Origin: an uncultured delta proteobacterium
GTDB lineage: Bacteria; Myxococcota_A; Polyangia; Polyangiales; Polyangiaceae
Reading direction: 5' to 3'
Assembly: GCA_963850305.1 (NCBI GenBank)
Contig: CAWKKR010000008.1
Coordinates: 288,001-352,000, forward strand
Length of the DNA: 64,000 bases
The notes below the pieces were generated by a model. The model worked only from the letters and a program-made list of their open reading frames with translations, made no database searches and was not told where the DNA came from. A program made the translations under genes and the position numbers. Of the stretch, positions 1 to 10,808 are shown piece by piece. The stretch's first letter is position 1. Every line of letters begins with the position of its first letter.

Positions 1-1857
1 AGCGCCGGTGGCTTCCTGTAGAAGAGCCGTGAGGCGCGTCGCAAAACGGATCGGATCTTCCACTGGACTGCCTTCGGCGAGCAAGGCCTGCTCGAACAGC
101 AGCTCAATCCACTCGTCGAGCTTCTCGGAGCCCGGGTCCTTGGATTCCAGCCTTTCCAGGTTCTTCACGAGGGGGTGGTTGGGATTCACCTCCAAGATGC
201 GCTTCGTCTTTGGTGCATCCTTGCGCGTCGCCCGGAGCACGCGCTCGATGTAGGGTTGAAGGCCGCCCTCCGGCACGACGAGGCACACCGGAGAATCCGT
301 GAGGCGGTCGGAGACGCGCACCTCGCTCACGTGGTCCTGGAGCTTCCGGCGAATGTGGTCGCGCAGCTCACGGAGCGCGGTCTCTTCCTCCGGCTTCTTT
401 TCCGCCTTCTCGTCGTCGAGCTTCAGATCCGAGCCCGTCACGGACACGAGCGGTAGACCGTCGAACTCTTCCAGTCCTTCGACGGCGAACGAGTCCACCG
501 CGTCCGTCATGTAGAGCACCTCGTAGCCGCGCTTGCGCAACGCCTCCGTGTGAGGGCTCCGCTCGGCCAGCCCCCGCGACTCCGAGATGACGTAGTAGAT
601 CGCCTTCTGTCCCTCGGGCATCCGCGCCTTGTACTCGGCGAGCGACACGAGGCCGGCGCCATGACTGCTGTCGTACCGGAGCAGCGGAGCGAGCCGATCC
701 TTGTGTTCGGGCTCGAAATGCAGGCCCTCCTTGAGGACGTTGCCGAACGTGCCCCAGAACTCCCCGTAGCGTGCCGAGTCCTTCGCCGTCTCGTCGAGCA
801 GATCGAGCAGCTGTTTGACGACCTGCTTCCGGATCACGCGCACGATCTTCGAGTCCTGGAGCAGCTCGCGCGACACGTTGAGCGGCAGATCTTCCGAATC
901 GATCACGCCGCGCACGAACCGGAGCCACCGCGGGAGCAGCTCCTCGCAATCGTCCATGATGAAGACGCGCTTCACGTAGAGGCGCACGCCGTGGCGGCTG
1001 TCCGGCGTGAACAGATCGAACGGCGCGCGCTTCGGCACGAACAGCAGCCCGGTGAAGAGCTGCGTCCCTTCCACCTGAAAATGCCGGTGCGCGAGGGGCG
1101 CCTCGAAGTCGTGCGTCAGATGCTTGTAGAGCTCCGTGTATTGCTCCTCGGTCACGTCGCTCGGCCGCCGCTGCCATAGCGCCTTGCCCTGATTCAGCGT
1201 CTCGACCTTGTCTTCCTTGTTCTTGTCGACCGTGACGAGCTCGATCGGATAGTCGAGAAAATCCGAGTAGCGCCGCACGAGCTCTCGCAACCGGAAGCCA
1301 TCCAGGTAATTCGCGTCCGCCTTGAGATGCAGGATGACCGACGTGCCCTGCGACTCTCGGTCCGTCGGCTCGATGGTGAAGGTCTCCGCGCCGTCCGACG
1401 ACCACTTGTGCGCGCCCGCTTCCCCCGCCGCGCGACTCACCACTTCCACCCGATCGGCGACGAGATAGCCGCTGTAAAACCCGACCCCGAACTGCCCGAT
1501 GAGGTTGACGTCGCTCTTCTTGGCTTCCTCGACCTTCTCGAGGAACGCGCGCGTTCCCGAATGCGCGACCGTCCCGAGCTCCTTCGCGAGCGCCTCCGCC
1601 GTCATGCCGACCCCGTTGTCCCAGATCGTCAGCGTCCGCTTCTCCGCGTCGGGGATGAGCTGCACCTTCAGCTTCTCCCCCTGGGGCAGCAAGTTCGGCT
1701 CCGTAACCGCGCGGAAGCGCAGCTTGTCGAGCGCGTCCGACGCATTCGATACCAGCTCCCGAAGAAAGACGTCCGGGTTACTGTAGAGAGAATGGATGAC
1801 GAGGCTCAAAACCTTCGTCACTTCGGCCTGAAAGCGGAATTCCTTGGTCTCTGACAT
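1..1857 (-). CDS. htpG: Molecular chaperone HtpG (Hsp90); stop codon lies just outside the window
   Basis: Manual translation from ATG at 1857 gives [45 protein letters not shown], then [29 protein letters not shown] and C-terminal [11 protein letters not shown]. Absent from the ORF track because it has no stop in the window. Confidence 0.97.
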
Positions 1858-1870
1858 GGCTCGGAGCGAG

Positions 1871-1898
1871 AGGATCGACACGGGACCGGAAGTGTCAA
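1871..1898 (-). promoter_or_regulatory. Putative htpG promoter (TTGACA-N16-GATCCT)
   Basis: Perfect TTGACA on the minus strand about 40 bp upstream of the htpG ATG; weak -10. Confidence 0.35.
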
Positions 1899-2449
1899 GA
1901 CCGGTCGGGAAGAGGGGATGCACCCGCGGTTCGAATGATATCTTGCCGCAGCGAGAGAAGGGCTCGTTCGCGGCGCAGCGCCGGGGTCCGTTCCTCGGGA
2001 ACCCAGGCGGGCTCGCGTTCTCCGTGTCTCGCGTTCTCCGTGTGAGGAGAACGGCGATTCCTTGCCCAGCTAGCCGGGTTCATTCCGCGAAGGCGGATTT
2101 TGCCGGTCGAACTTGCCGGGACCGTTCGCGGAGCGCGCGGATTTCGCCCCCGGCGTGCCGCGCCGCGCCCGTGGGCGTGCGATTCCCTCCTCCGAGGGCG
2201 CGTGCTCCCGCCAGAGCGCGAAGATGGAAACTCTCGGATATCGCCGGGAGTCGCGGACGCGGAAAATCAATCAGCGGGAATGCCGGATCGCGCGGATCGC
2301 GTCCGAACGGAACTGGGTCTCGCAGGCGCGGTGACTTGGGTTCGGCGGGTACGAGAGGCTGCGCTGGCGGCGAGAAGCGTCTCTTGCCGCGCTCGTTCCT
2401 GCGTGGCGCCAGACCCCTGACGAACCGCGACCGTGCGAGACCGAACCGA

Positions 2450-3374
2450 TCAACTCCCGTCCTTGCAGCAGCGGACGCCGAGGGAGTAGTCGTAGTACAT
2501 CGGGGCGTGCGTGGTGACGCGGCTGTCGCAGCCGTTCTTGGTGTCGCGCGCGTAGAAGCCGCCGTCGAACTCGGGGCGGTCGCCGTCGACCCATTCGTCG
2601 ACGTTGCCGACCATGTCGTAGATGCCGTCGTTGCCCCAGCGGCTCACGCAGGTGGGGGTCGCGCCGGTCAGCCGAAGGAGCGGCTTTTCACCGCCCTCCG
2701 CGACGAGGTTCAAGCGGGGATCGCGGTGGCCGAACGACGTGCCCTGATGGAGCGCGAGCCCCGGATGGATGTAGCCCCACACGTTGCACTGCTCCCTGTC
2801 GAACGTGTCGCCATAGGGAAAGTGGGTCTGGTTTTGCCCTTCGCACGCGGTCAGCCATTCGTCCCGGGTGCAGAGGCGCTTGCCCGCGCTCTCACAGGCA
2901 CGCTTCGCAATCGGATACGCCACGTAAGCTTGCGGGACGACGTGCGCGCGCGAGACGGCTTTTGCCCGGAACGAATGCTCGCGCTGCCAGTCGCCGAGCT
3001 CCGGAATCGGCATGGCACGAGCGGCCTCGGTGCCGAACTCCGCACGGTCGATGTCCCACGCTTGCCAGACGTCGCGGAGCAAGTGCGGCTCGGGCGGGTA
3101 GTAGGGCGAGAGCGGCTGGCCGCGTCGCCGAGTCGACCATCGACGCTTCCCAGCGGTCCACGCAGTAGGCGCGCACTTCCACCATCTCCGGGGGACAGCG
3201 CCCGTGTTTCGGGGCGTCGCGCGCCTCGTTCGAGTCGTGCGACGTGGGGTTCGACGGCTCCGCGGGGCCGCCCGCCGCGCGACCGAGCCCGGCCGCGAGC
3301 AAAGACGGCACCGCGACGAAGACGAGAACGCGGAGGCGCCGGCCCGGGGTGGGTGGTAGCTGTCTAGGGGGCAT
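2450..3374 (-). CDS. FGE-sulfatase (SUMF1/EgtB-like) domain exported protein; +1 frameshift near 3122
   Basis: ORF 2892-3374 (CPPEMVEVRAYCVDRWEA) joins ORF 2450-3082 (ACESAGKRLCTRDEW, GIYDMVGNVDEWVD, YSLGVRCC) if one C at about 3122 is removed (..SAT-GQPLSPYYP..). Confidence 0.8.
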
Positions 3375-3377
3375 CGG

Positions 3378-4029
3378 ATGGGAACGGAACCCGAAACTCT
3401 ACTACGAGGCGAGGCGAGATAAGCTCGCCGAGCGCCTGACGCGCGTCGTCAGCGATGCGCGCATCCTCGACGCGTTCCGGAGCGTGCCGCGAGAGCTCTT
3501 CGTTCCCGAGGAGATGCGCCGCCACGCGTACGAGGACCGCGCCCTGCCCCTCGCCCAGGGTCAAACCATCAGCCAACCGTCCATGATCGCGATCATGTTC
3601 GAGGCACTCGCTCCATCGGAGGGCAACCGTGCACTCGAGATCGGCGGCGGCTCGGGGTATGCGGCGGCCGTCCTGTCACGATTCGTCCGAGAGGTGCACA
3701 CGGTCGAGCTTTTGCCGGACCTCGCGGCCATGGCGAGGGACAGTCTCCGCCGCGCGGGGATCGAGAACGTCACGGTGCACGTCGGGGACGGCTCGCGCGG
3801 GCTTCCGGCGCACGCGCCGTACGATCGGATCCTCGTTTCCGCAGGCGCGCATCGGGTGCCGGACGAGCTGGTGTCGGAGCTCGCGCCGGGCGGCCTCATC
3901 GTGATCCCGGTCGACGATGTCGACGCCCAGGTGCTGCGCATCGGACGCCGCCAGGGCGGCGCGCATGAGGTTCAGTGGACCGAAAGCGTGCCCTGCGTAT
4001 TCGTGCCGCTCGTACAGACAGCGCCGTGA
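3378..4029 (+). CDS. pcm: Protein-L-isoaspartate O-methyltransferase
   Basis: VPRELFVP, AYEDRALPLAQGQTISQP, LEIGGGSGY, APYDRILVSA. The ATG at 3378 comes into frame if one G of ATGGG is removed. Confidence 0.92.
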
Positions 4030-4031
4030 GC

Positions 4032-4595
4032 TTACGCGGAACCGACGGTGCGGGTGGCGAATGCCATGGGCGTCGTGCCGGCATTCTCGTAAGCGCGTTG
4101 CCAGACGTCTTCCCGCGGCACGTCGAAGACGAGCTCGGCCGCGGCGTCCGTGGGCAGCCACGCACCCGTCCGGATCTCGTTCTCGAGCTGCCACGGAGCC
4201 CATCCGGCGTAACCGATGAGCCCGACGAGGTTCTGTGGGCCGCGCCCTTCCGCGACGGCCTCGAGCATCTTCCGCGAGGGCGAAGCGGTCACGCCGGAAC
4301 CTACATCGAACTGCTCGGCGAATCCCTCGAGCTTGTCTTCCGTTCGATACATGAGCCAGACCTGCTCCTGGGCGACGGGCCCTCCGATTCGAACCTCGCC
4401 GCGCGGCCACGGACCCGCCGAGGCGACGTCTGCGCGCGTGAGGAGCTCTTCCACGGTCATGACTCCGCGGCCGTTGATGACCCAGCCGAAGGCGCCGTCA
4501 GGGCCGTGCGCCGCCAGGAGAATCACCGAGCGGTCGAAGTTCGGGTCCGCGAGAGGCGGCGCGGCGACCAGCAGGCCCGGGGCAAGAGGAGACAT
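4032..4595 (-). CDS. YqgE/AlgH family protein (DUF179)
   Basis: LLVAAPPLADPNFDRSVI, GAFGWVIN, GGPV, GYAGWAPWQLENEIRTGAW motifs. Confidence 0.93.
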   Translation of the reverse strand: MSPLAPGLLVAAPPLADPNFDRSVILLAAHGPDGAFGWVINGRGVMTVEELLTRADVASAGPWPRGEVRIGGPVAQEQVWLMYRTEDKLEGFAEQFDVGSGVTASPSRKMLEAVAEGRGPQNLVGLIGYAGWAPWQLENEIRTGAWLPTDAAAELVFDVPREDVWQRAYENAGTTPMAFATRTVGSA

Positions 4596-4701
4596 GCCTC
4601 GATAAGGTAAAGCACGAGGGTCCGGCGAGCAACGTCGCCGGAAATTTTCGGAACTTCAGCGCCTGGAGCACCGCAGCACACGACCGGCGCCGTGCGGCCG
4701 C

Positions 4702-5913
4702 TCAGGTCGTGTAGCTGCCGTTGATGTGAACGTAACCCTCGGTCAGATCGCAGCCCCACGCGATGGCGGATGCGCTGCCCAGACCGAGATCGACGGCGAT
4801 GACGACCTCCGCGGCGTCCATCGCTTTCTTGATGGCCGCGTAGGGCACGTCCGTCGGCGAGCCACGCTCGAACGCGCACTCTTCGCCGATCCAGACGCTC
4901 GTGCGATCGACGTCGACGTTCGCGCCGGAGCGTCCGACCGCCATCATGACGCGCCCGAGGTTCGGATCGCGACCGGTGACCATGGTCTTCACGAGCGGGG
5001 AAGACGCGACCGTGCGCGCGGCGCGCCGCGCGTCTTCGACCGACGCGGCGCCGCGAACGCGGACCTCGATGAGCGTTCGAGCTCCTTCACCGTCGCGAGC
5101 GAGATCTCGCGCAAGCTCGATCGCGACGGCTTCGATCGCCCCGCGGACGGCGCTCTCGGCGGGATGCCCGCCGTGGATCGCCGGACCGCCGGCACGGCCG
5201 TTGGCGAAGAGGAGCATCGTGTCGCTGGTGGACGTGTCCATGTCGACGTCGACCATGTTGATAGAGACGTCCGCGACGTCGCGCAGCGTGGAGCGAAGCC
5301 AGCTGGCGTCCGCGGGCGCGTCCGTCGTCAGGAAGCAAAGGACGGTCGCCATGTCGGGGTGCACCATTCCGGAGCCCTTCGCGGTGCCGCCGACGGTGTA
5401 GGTCACGCCGCCCACCGCGACCTTCGCGGCCCGGTGCTTCACGACCGTATCCGTCGTGATGATCGATCGACTGAAGTCCGCGCCGCCCGCGACCGTCGGG
5501 CGCATCGCGTGAATGCCCCGCTCGATGGACTCGAGCGGCAATGGACGACCGATGACGCCAGTGGACGCGACCAGCATGTCTTCTTCGGACAAGGCGAGGT
5601 GAGCGGCGGCGATCGCCGCCATACGGTGCGCGTCCTTCCGGCCGCGCTCACCCATCGCGACGTTGGAGCATCCAGAGTTCACGACGAGCCCGCGCGCGCG
5701 CCCCGACGCAACGCGCTCACGACACAGCTCCACGGGCGCCCCGCACACTCGGTTCTTGGTGAAGACGCCTGCGACGGCACACGGAGCTTCCGATACGAGC
5801 AGGCCTACGTCCAGCCGCGGCTCGGGACCGTAAGTCTTGATGCCGACCGACGTGCCTGCCCCGAGAAAACCCAGGGGAGACGTGACGCCTCCATTCGCGA
5901 TCCATTCGTGCAT
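4702..5913 (-). CDS. argJ: Bifunctional ornithine acetyltransferase/N-acetylglutamate synthase
   Basis: AGVFTKN, ASTGVIG, ITTDT, KGSGMVHPDMAT, DTSTSD, DGEGA, WGCDLTEGYVHIN. Confidence 0.96.
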   Translation of the reverse strand: MHEWIANGGVTSPLGFLGAGTSVGIKTYGPEPRLDVGLLVSEAPCAVAGVFTKNRVCGAPVELCRERVASGRARGLVVNSGCSNVAMGERGRKDAHRMAAIAAAHLALSEEDMLVASTGVIGRPLPLESIERGIHAMRPTVAGGADFSRSIITTDTVVKHRAAKVAVGGVTYTVGGTAKGSGMVHPDMATVLCFLTTDAPADASWLRSTLRDVADVSINMVDVDMDTSTSDTMLLFANGRAGGPAIHGGHPAESAVRGAIEAVAIELARDLARDGEGARTLIEVRVRGAASVEDARRAARTVASSPLVKTMVTGRDPNLGRVMMAVGRSGANVDVDRTSVWIGEECAFERGSPTDVPYAAIKKAMDAAEVVIAVDLGLGSASAIAWGCDLTEGYVHINGSYTT

Positions 5914-5917
5914 CTGC

Positions 5918-6457
5918 TCACTCCATCAGGCTCTTGATCTGCGCGTCGATCTGCCGCTCGTCTCCGGCGCGAAAGCCCGAGTGCACGAAGCGGACGAGCC
6001 CGTTCTTGTCGAGGATGAAGCTCGTCGGCATGGACTCAGGGTGGTAGCTCTCGGCCACGCCCTTCTGCGAATCCCAGGCGAGCGGGAACGTCGCCCCCGT
6101 CTCCTTTGCGAAGCCGGGAATACCGCCCGCTTCGTCGTCCTCGGAAATGCCGACGATGACCAGGCTGGTTCCGTACTTGCGCGCCAGGGCTTCGTACTTC
6201 GGGAAAGACGCGAGACAAGGCGCGCACCACGTCGCCCAGAAGTCGACGATCATCACCTTGCCCTTGCCGCTCTCGAGGCTCGCGCGGGAAGCACCGGATT
6301 GTGCCGTCAGGTCGAAGTCGGGCGCCGGATTTCCGAGCAGCGGAGCCGTGTCGCCTGGTGACGACGCTCCCGGGCCGTCCTTGTCACACGCCGTCGCAAC
6401 GAAGCCGAGCGCGATGAGGGCGAAAGCGATTGCACCGCGGAAATTGTCCGACGTCAT
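5918..6457 (-). CDS. TlpA-family thiol-disulfide oxidoreductase lipoprotein
   Basis: DFWATWCAPC redox motif, MPTSFILDKNGLVR, lipobox VATAC; start taken at ATG 6457. Confidence 0.9.
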   Translation of the reverse strand: MTSDNFRGAIAFALIALGFVATACDKDGPGASSPGDTAPLLGNPAPDFDLTAQSGASRASLESGKGKVMIVDFWATWCAPCLASFPKYEALARKYGTSLVIVGISEDDEAGGIPGFAKETGATFPLAWDSQKGVAESYHPESMPTSFILDKNGLVRFVHSGFRAGDERQIDAQIKSLME

Positions 6458-6491
6458 CGGCTCACTCGATAGCAACAAACGTGCGGCCTCG

Positions 6492-7844
6492 CTACGGCGC
6501 GGCGCTCGGCCGAGGTGCAGCAGTGCCGGGAGCCCCCGGCGCCGGCACCGCCGGAGCATTTGACTTGTGCATCACGACCACGTGAAAGTGATGGTGGACG
6601 TCGGAATATCCGAACTGGAACGGCAGCGGCTTCGCCGGGTTGTCGGTGAAAAGCTGGCGGAACGCGTGACCGTCGAGCGCCTCGACGGGGCCGTACCGAG
6701 CGGGGCCGTCGAATTTGCCGTACGTGTCCTGGACGAAGCCCGCCGCTCGCGCATAACGCGGCGGGACACCCGTCGAGTCGGAGATCATCCACACAGCGTG
6801 CTCGAGGAGATAGTCGCGGATGGCCGAGAAGTCGTTCGACCAGAGCAGGTGGCTCGCCGCCTTCGTCATGACGGAGACGGGCCCCTTGGCCACGAGATAG
6901 GCGAGCAGCCCCGGATCCTTGCCGAGTGCGGTGTTCGACAGATCGTGGGCGATGTGTCGCGCGATCTTGTCGGGACCCGTGGAGCCGGGCTTGTGGAAGC
7001 GGATCTCCACGTTCGGAAAGTGCGCATCTTCTCCCTCGGGGGCGGCGTGTGGGCGCGTGCCCTCGGCCTCGACCTCGGCGGCGGACAGATAATGCAAGGT
7101 GCCGTCGGGGAGGATCTTGAAGTAGCGGAGCGCCGTCGGTTCGTAACCGTGAACGACCAGCGCCGCGAGGAGGAGACCGATCTCGCCCGGTAGCGCCGCG
7201 CGCGCGTTCTTGCCGAGGTTGACGGTGTTGCTGTACGAGATGCCGAGCAGCTTGTAGACGTTGTGCGCATTGACCGCGAGCGCCCCGTGGAGCCGCTCCG
7301 GCAAGATGGAGTCGATGCGGCGGACGTCACCCGGGGGCTCGAGCGACATCGTCGTGATCTCGTCGGCGTCGGGATAGACGGTAAGCGCCGTGACCAGGTC
7401 GCCGCCCCCGAACGGGTAGACGACCTTCTTCGGCACGTCAGCGGGACGCAGCTCATCGATGAAGGGTCTTGCGATCGCGATCCACTTCGTCCGGTATTCT
7501 TCGTAAGCCTTCTTCAGCTTGTCGCAGTGAGCGTCGACGAGCTTGCGATCCAGGCGCGCCGGGACCTCGCCTTCGTCCCCGCAGGCGGCGACCCGGAACA
7601 GCTCGAGGGCCGGCGCGATGAGATTCTCGCCTTCGTCCGGCGGAGGGACGGTCGGCGGTGGCGGCGCGGGTTCGGTCGCGACGCTGGCCGCCGGGGCCGC
7701 ATTCGAGGACGGGACGGCGCTCGCGACGGTCGACGCCGCGGAGCGGGCGGACGTCGTGGCTGGCGGCTCCGTCGGGTTGCCCCGGCTCGAGCAGGCAGTG
7801 CACCAGAGGAGACCGAACACGACGACCGGGAAACGTGGAAGCAC
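6492..7844 (-). CDS. Conserved hypothetical lipoprotein (YPFGGGD / KAASHLL motifs)
   Basis: 450 aa ORF with lipobox CTAC, Pro/Ala linker and a globular domain with VYPFGGGDL, MTKAASHLLW, SDSTGVPP. Confidence 0.75.
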   Translation of the reverse strand: MLPRFPVVVFGLLWCTACSSRGNPTEPPATTSARSAASTVASAVPSSNAAPAASVATEPAPPPPTVPPPDEGENLIAPALELFRVAACGDEGEVPARLDRKLVDAHCDKLKKAYEEYRTKWIAIARPFIDELRPADVPKKVVYPFGGGDLVTALTVYPDADEITTMSLEPPGDVRRIDSILPERLHGALAVNAHNVYKLLGISYSNTVNLGKNARAALPGEIGLLLAALVVHGYEPTALRYFKILPDGTLHYLSAAEVEAEGTRPHAAPEGEDAHFPNVEIRFHKPGSTGPDKIARHIAHDLSNTALGKDPGLLAYLVAKGPVSVMTKAASHLLWSNDFSAIRDYLLEHAVWMISDSTGVPPRYARAAGFVQDTYGKFDGPARYGPVEALDGHAFRQLFTDNPAKPLPFQFGYSDVHHHFHVVVMHKSNAPAVPAPGAPGTAAPRPSAAP

Positions 7845-8010
7845 GGGTGGCCATTAGCATTACTCGGTCGCCCACTGGCGGAACAGTTCTGGGCTCCTTA
7901 GGGGCTTTCACCCGGCGAAACCAATTCGCCGGCGGCGATAGCGACCGCACGACTCGCGTGTCTCGCTCGCGATTCATCCTCGGTTTCCACCGATTCGCGC
8001 CGGGCCGAGA

Positions 8011-8026
8011 CGGCACGTCCGTTGCT
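8011..8026 (+). promoter_or_regulatory. Sigma-54 (-24/-12) promoter
   Basis: CGGCAC-GTCCG-TTGCT matches YGGCAC-N5-TTGCW, 22 bp before ATG 8049 with a GGAG RBS. Confidence 0.7.
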
Positions 8027-8048
8027 ACTCCTGCACCCGGGGAGCAGC

Positions 8049-8588
8049 ATGAACGACGAAACTGGGACGGATACGTCGGCGGGGGTCGTGATGGTCGTGA
8101 TGGAGTTCGGGAGCCGCTGGCCTCGCTGTCTCGAGCAGCTTCTCGGCGCCACGCCACAAGGAGTCGTTCTCGCCCAGGACGTGACCGAGTCGGCGGGGAG
8201 CTTCCTGGTCCGGCTGCGACGCCGGCTCATCCGGCTCGGCTCCGCCGAGCATCGCGTGAGCGCCGCAGTGCTGTCCGTGGGCCATTCCCTTCAGTCCGAC
8301 GTGTTCGTCAGTCGTTGTCTGATGGTGCAAGTACTCGCACGGTCACTGGTGCCGACGGGTGGAAAGTTGGTCATTTCCGGACACGCGCAGCTACCTGACC
8401 TCGCCATTCAGGAGGCATCGCGCGTGGCCGCAACGATGGCCGAGCATCTGGTTGGCGCTCCGGAGTTGACGCTGGCGCTCGACGAACCCGGGAGCGGCCT
8501 GCGACGCGCGGTTCGGCGACCGACCACCCCGTTCGCCGTGGACGGGTTCGACCCCGTCGACGTTCGCGCCGAGCACGCCCGGGCTTGA
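8049..8588 (+). CDS. Hypothetical protein
   Basis: GGAG RBS, ATG 8049, protein-like composition, upstream sigma-54 promoter. Confidence 0.65.
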   Translation: MNDETGTDTSAGVVMVVMEFGSRWPRCLEQLLGATPQGVVLAQDVTESAGSFLVRLRRRLIRLGSAEHRVSAAVLSVGHSLQSDVFVSRCLMVQVLARSLVPTGGKLVISGHAQLPDLAIQEASRVAATMAEHLVGAPELTLALDEPGSGLRRAVRRPTTPFAVDGFDPVDVRAEHARA

Positions 8589-8594
8589 ACGGGT

Positions 8595-10808
8595 TCAGCG
8601 GCGGCGGATTGCGCGGGCGCGGCGGGTTCCCTCGAGCAGGTCGTCGATGGCCCGCGTGAGCCGCGCGATCTCGATCGGCTTCTGAACGAAAGCCGTATTG
8701 GGTTCCTGGAGCAGATCCGCGACGCCGGTGTCGTCCTCGCTGCTTCCCGAGAGAAGCACGATACCCACGCCAGGAAGGAACGAGCGAACGCGACGCGCGA
8801 CGTCGGCTCCGCTGAAATCCGGCAAACCGACGTCGGTGACGATGACGTCGATTGCGTCACGCTGGTCGCGACATGTTCCAATGGCGGCGCCCCCGTTCGC
8901 GACGGCGATGACATCGTAACCAAGCTCTTCGAGAAGCTCACTGCCGGCCAGGCGTGCCGCGGCCTGATCTTCGACGAGGAGGAGCCGCGGCCTCGGGAGC
9001 CGGAACGGGGCGTCGACCCCGCCGATCCGCGCAAGGCGGGGAGGCTGCAGGGCGCGTTCCGCGAGCGCCAGACGGACCCGGGAAATCAGAGCGCCCTCGG
9101 TAAACGGCTTCTGCAGGGTGGGCGTTCCGTCGGAAATGCGCCCCTCTTCCACGAGCGCCTCGTTCGGACGGGCGGACATGAAGACGACGCGGACCGATGG
9201 ACGTGCGGCGCGAACGACCGCGGCGATCTCCGGACCGCCTCGGCCGGGAAGCACCATGTCGGTCAGGAGCACGTCGATGGGACCTGCATAATCTCCGAGG
9301 AGCCGCTTGACCTCACGCTCGTTGGCCGCTTCGAGGACCCGGTATCCGTGACGCCCGAGGTAGTGCGAGACGGACAAGCGGATCAGCGGTTCGTCCTCGA
9401 TGACAAGGACCGTCTCGCCTCCTGCTTGAACGCCGAGTGGCGCGTCCGGCGCCACCGAAGGCCTCGCCGGGGAGTCGGCCGACTGAGGCAAGTGGACGGT
9501 AAATCGCGACCCTTGTCCGATGGCCGTCTCGACATCGATGTATCCCTCGTGTTCCTCGACGGTCGCGTAGACGGACGCCAAGCCGAGTCCGGACCCGTTC
9601 GAACCCCGCCTGGTGGTGAAGAAAGGTTCGAAGATACGCTTCCGGGTTGACTCATCCATACCGGCACCAGTGTCGGTCACCTCGAGCACGACATAGCGAC
9701 CGGCCGCGATGCCGCGACGGAGCAGGTCGTCCTCGAACACGACCGCCTCCCGGGTGGCGATCGTGAGACGACCTCCCCGTGCCATCGCGTGACGGGCGTT
9801 CACGGAGAGGTTCATCACGAGCTGTTCGATTTCCCCGGGCTGGCAGGAGATGGCGGCGTTTGCGGCGGTCAGGGAAGCGCAAAGCTCGATGTCCTCACCG
9901 AGCAGGTGGCGGAGCATGGTGTCCATTCGCGCCACGAGCGAGTTCAGGTCGATGACCTTGCGCTCGGTGTCTTGCCTTCTAGCGAACGCCATCAACCGGT
10001 TTATGACGGCCGCGCCGCCCATCGCCGTCGCCTTCATCTGCTCCACGTAGCCGTGTGCTCGACCGTGAGGCGGTAAGCGGTGCAATGCCAGATCTGCGCA
10101 GCCAATGATGCCCATCAACACATTGTTGAAATCATGCGCGACGCTGCTCGTGAGCGTGCCGACCGCCTCCAGTCTGCGGGCCTGGTGGGTCGCTTCTTCG
10201 TCCCGCGATCGCTCGGTGACGTCCTGTCCTCTGGCGATCACGCCGGCGACCGCGCCGAGCTCATCTTCGAATGCGGTAAAGCACCATTCGATCTCGCGTG
10301 CGATCCCGCCCTCGGCGGGCAAGGGGGTGGAGCGCGCGAGAACGCTGGAGTGAGAACTCATGGCACGATCGAAAGCTTCCAGTAACGGCGCCGACGTTCC
10401 TTCTGCGGTGATCACCGAGCAAAAGTTCCGCCCGATGACTTCTTCGAGCGCAAGGTCCACGACATCGGCGAGCCTCGAGTTGGCGCGAAGAATCTGGCCG
10501 TGGCAGTCAAGCACGAGAAGGATCCCCGGGCTGCACTCGACGAGACGCTCCACGAGTCCGCGATCGCGGCGGATAACGAGAGCGTAGAGCTCACGGTAAC
10601 GATCTCGCGCGATCTCCATCTCTTCGTAAGCGCGCCGCAACTCCTGGGCCTGTCTTCCGAGCTCGATCTCGCGGGCGCGAAGTTCGTGCAGGGATTGCTG
10701 AACACCTTCCGCAGAAGGCTCGGCGGGAACGATGCCGCTGGCAGCCTCCACTCTCTCCCGGAACCCGCTCGCGCTCGTCACGCGGCCGGCTTTGGCGGGT
10801 CGAGTCAT
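8595..10808 (-). CDS. Hybrid sensor histidine kinase (PAS-HisKA-HATPase-REC-REC)
   Basis: PAS, H-box VAHDFNNVL, N-box NLSVNARHAM, DTGAGM, FEPFFTT, GSGLGL, two receiver domains (LLTDMVLPG; IVTDVGLPD). Confidence 0.95.
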   Translation of the reverse strand: MTRPAKAGRVTSASGFRERVEAASGIVPAEPSAEGVQQSLHELRAREIELGRQAQELRRAYEEMEIARDRYRELYALVIRRDRGLVERLVECSPGILLVLDCHGQILRANSRLADVVDLALEEVIGRNFCSVITAEGTSAPLLEAFDRAMSSHSSVLARSTPLPAEGGIAREIEWCFTAFEDELGAVAGVIARGQDVTERSRDEEATHQARRLEAVGTLTSSVAHDFNNVLMGIIGCADLALHRLPPHGRAHGYVEQMKATAMGGAAVINRLMAFARRQDTERKVIDLNSLVARMDTMLRHLLGEDIELCASLTAANAAISCQPGEIEQLVMNLSVNARHAMARGGRLTIATREAVVFEDDLLRRGIAAGRYVVLEVTDTGAGMDESTRKRIFEPFFTTRRGSNGSGLGLASVYATVEEHEGYIDVETAIGQGSRFTVHLPQSADSPARPSVAPDAPLGVQAGGETVLVIEDEPLIRLSVSHYLGRHGYRVLEAANEREVKRLLGDYAGPIDVLLTDMVLPGRGGPEIAAVVRAARPSVRVVFMSARPNEALVEEGRISDGTPTLQKPFTEGALISRVRLALAERALQPPRLARIGGVDAPFRLPRPRLLLVEDQAAARLAGSELLEELGYDVIAVANGGAAIGTCRDQRDAIDVIVTDVGLPDFSGADVARRVRSFLPGVGIVLLSGSSEDDTGVADLLQEPNTAFVQKPIEIARLTRAIDDLLEGTRRARAIRRR

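Noticed and set aside
1844..3367. Long antisense or alternative-frame ORFs (e.g. 507 aa here, 550 aa at 57125, 483 aa at 41189)
   Set aside because: They overlap well-supported genes on the opposite strand, are Arg/Ala/Pro-rich without motifs, and are expected in high-GC DNA.
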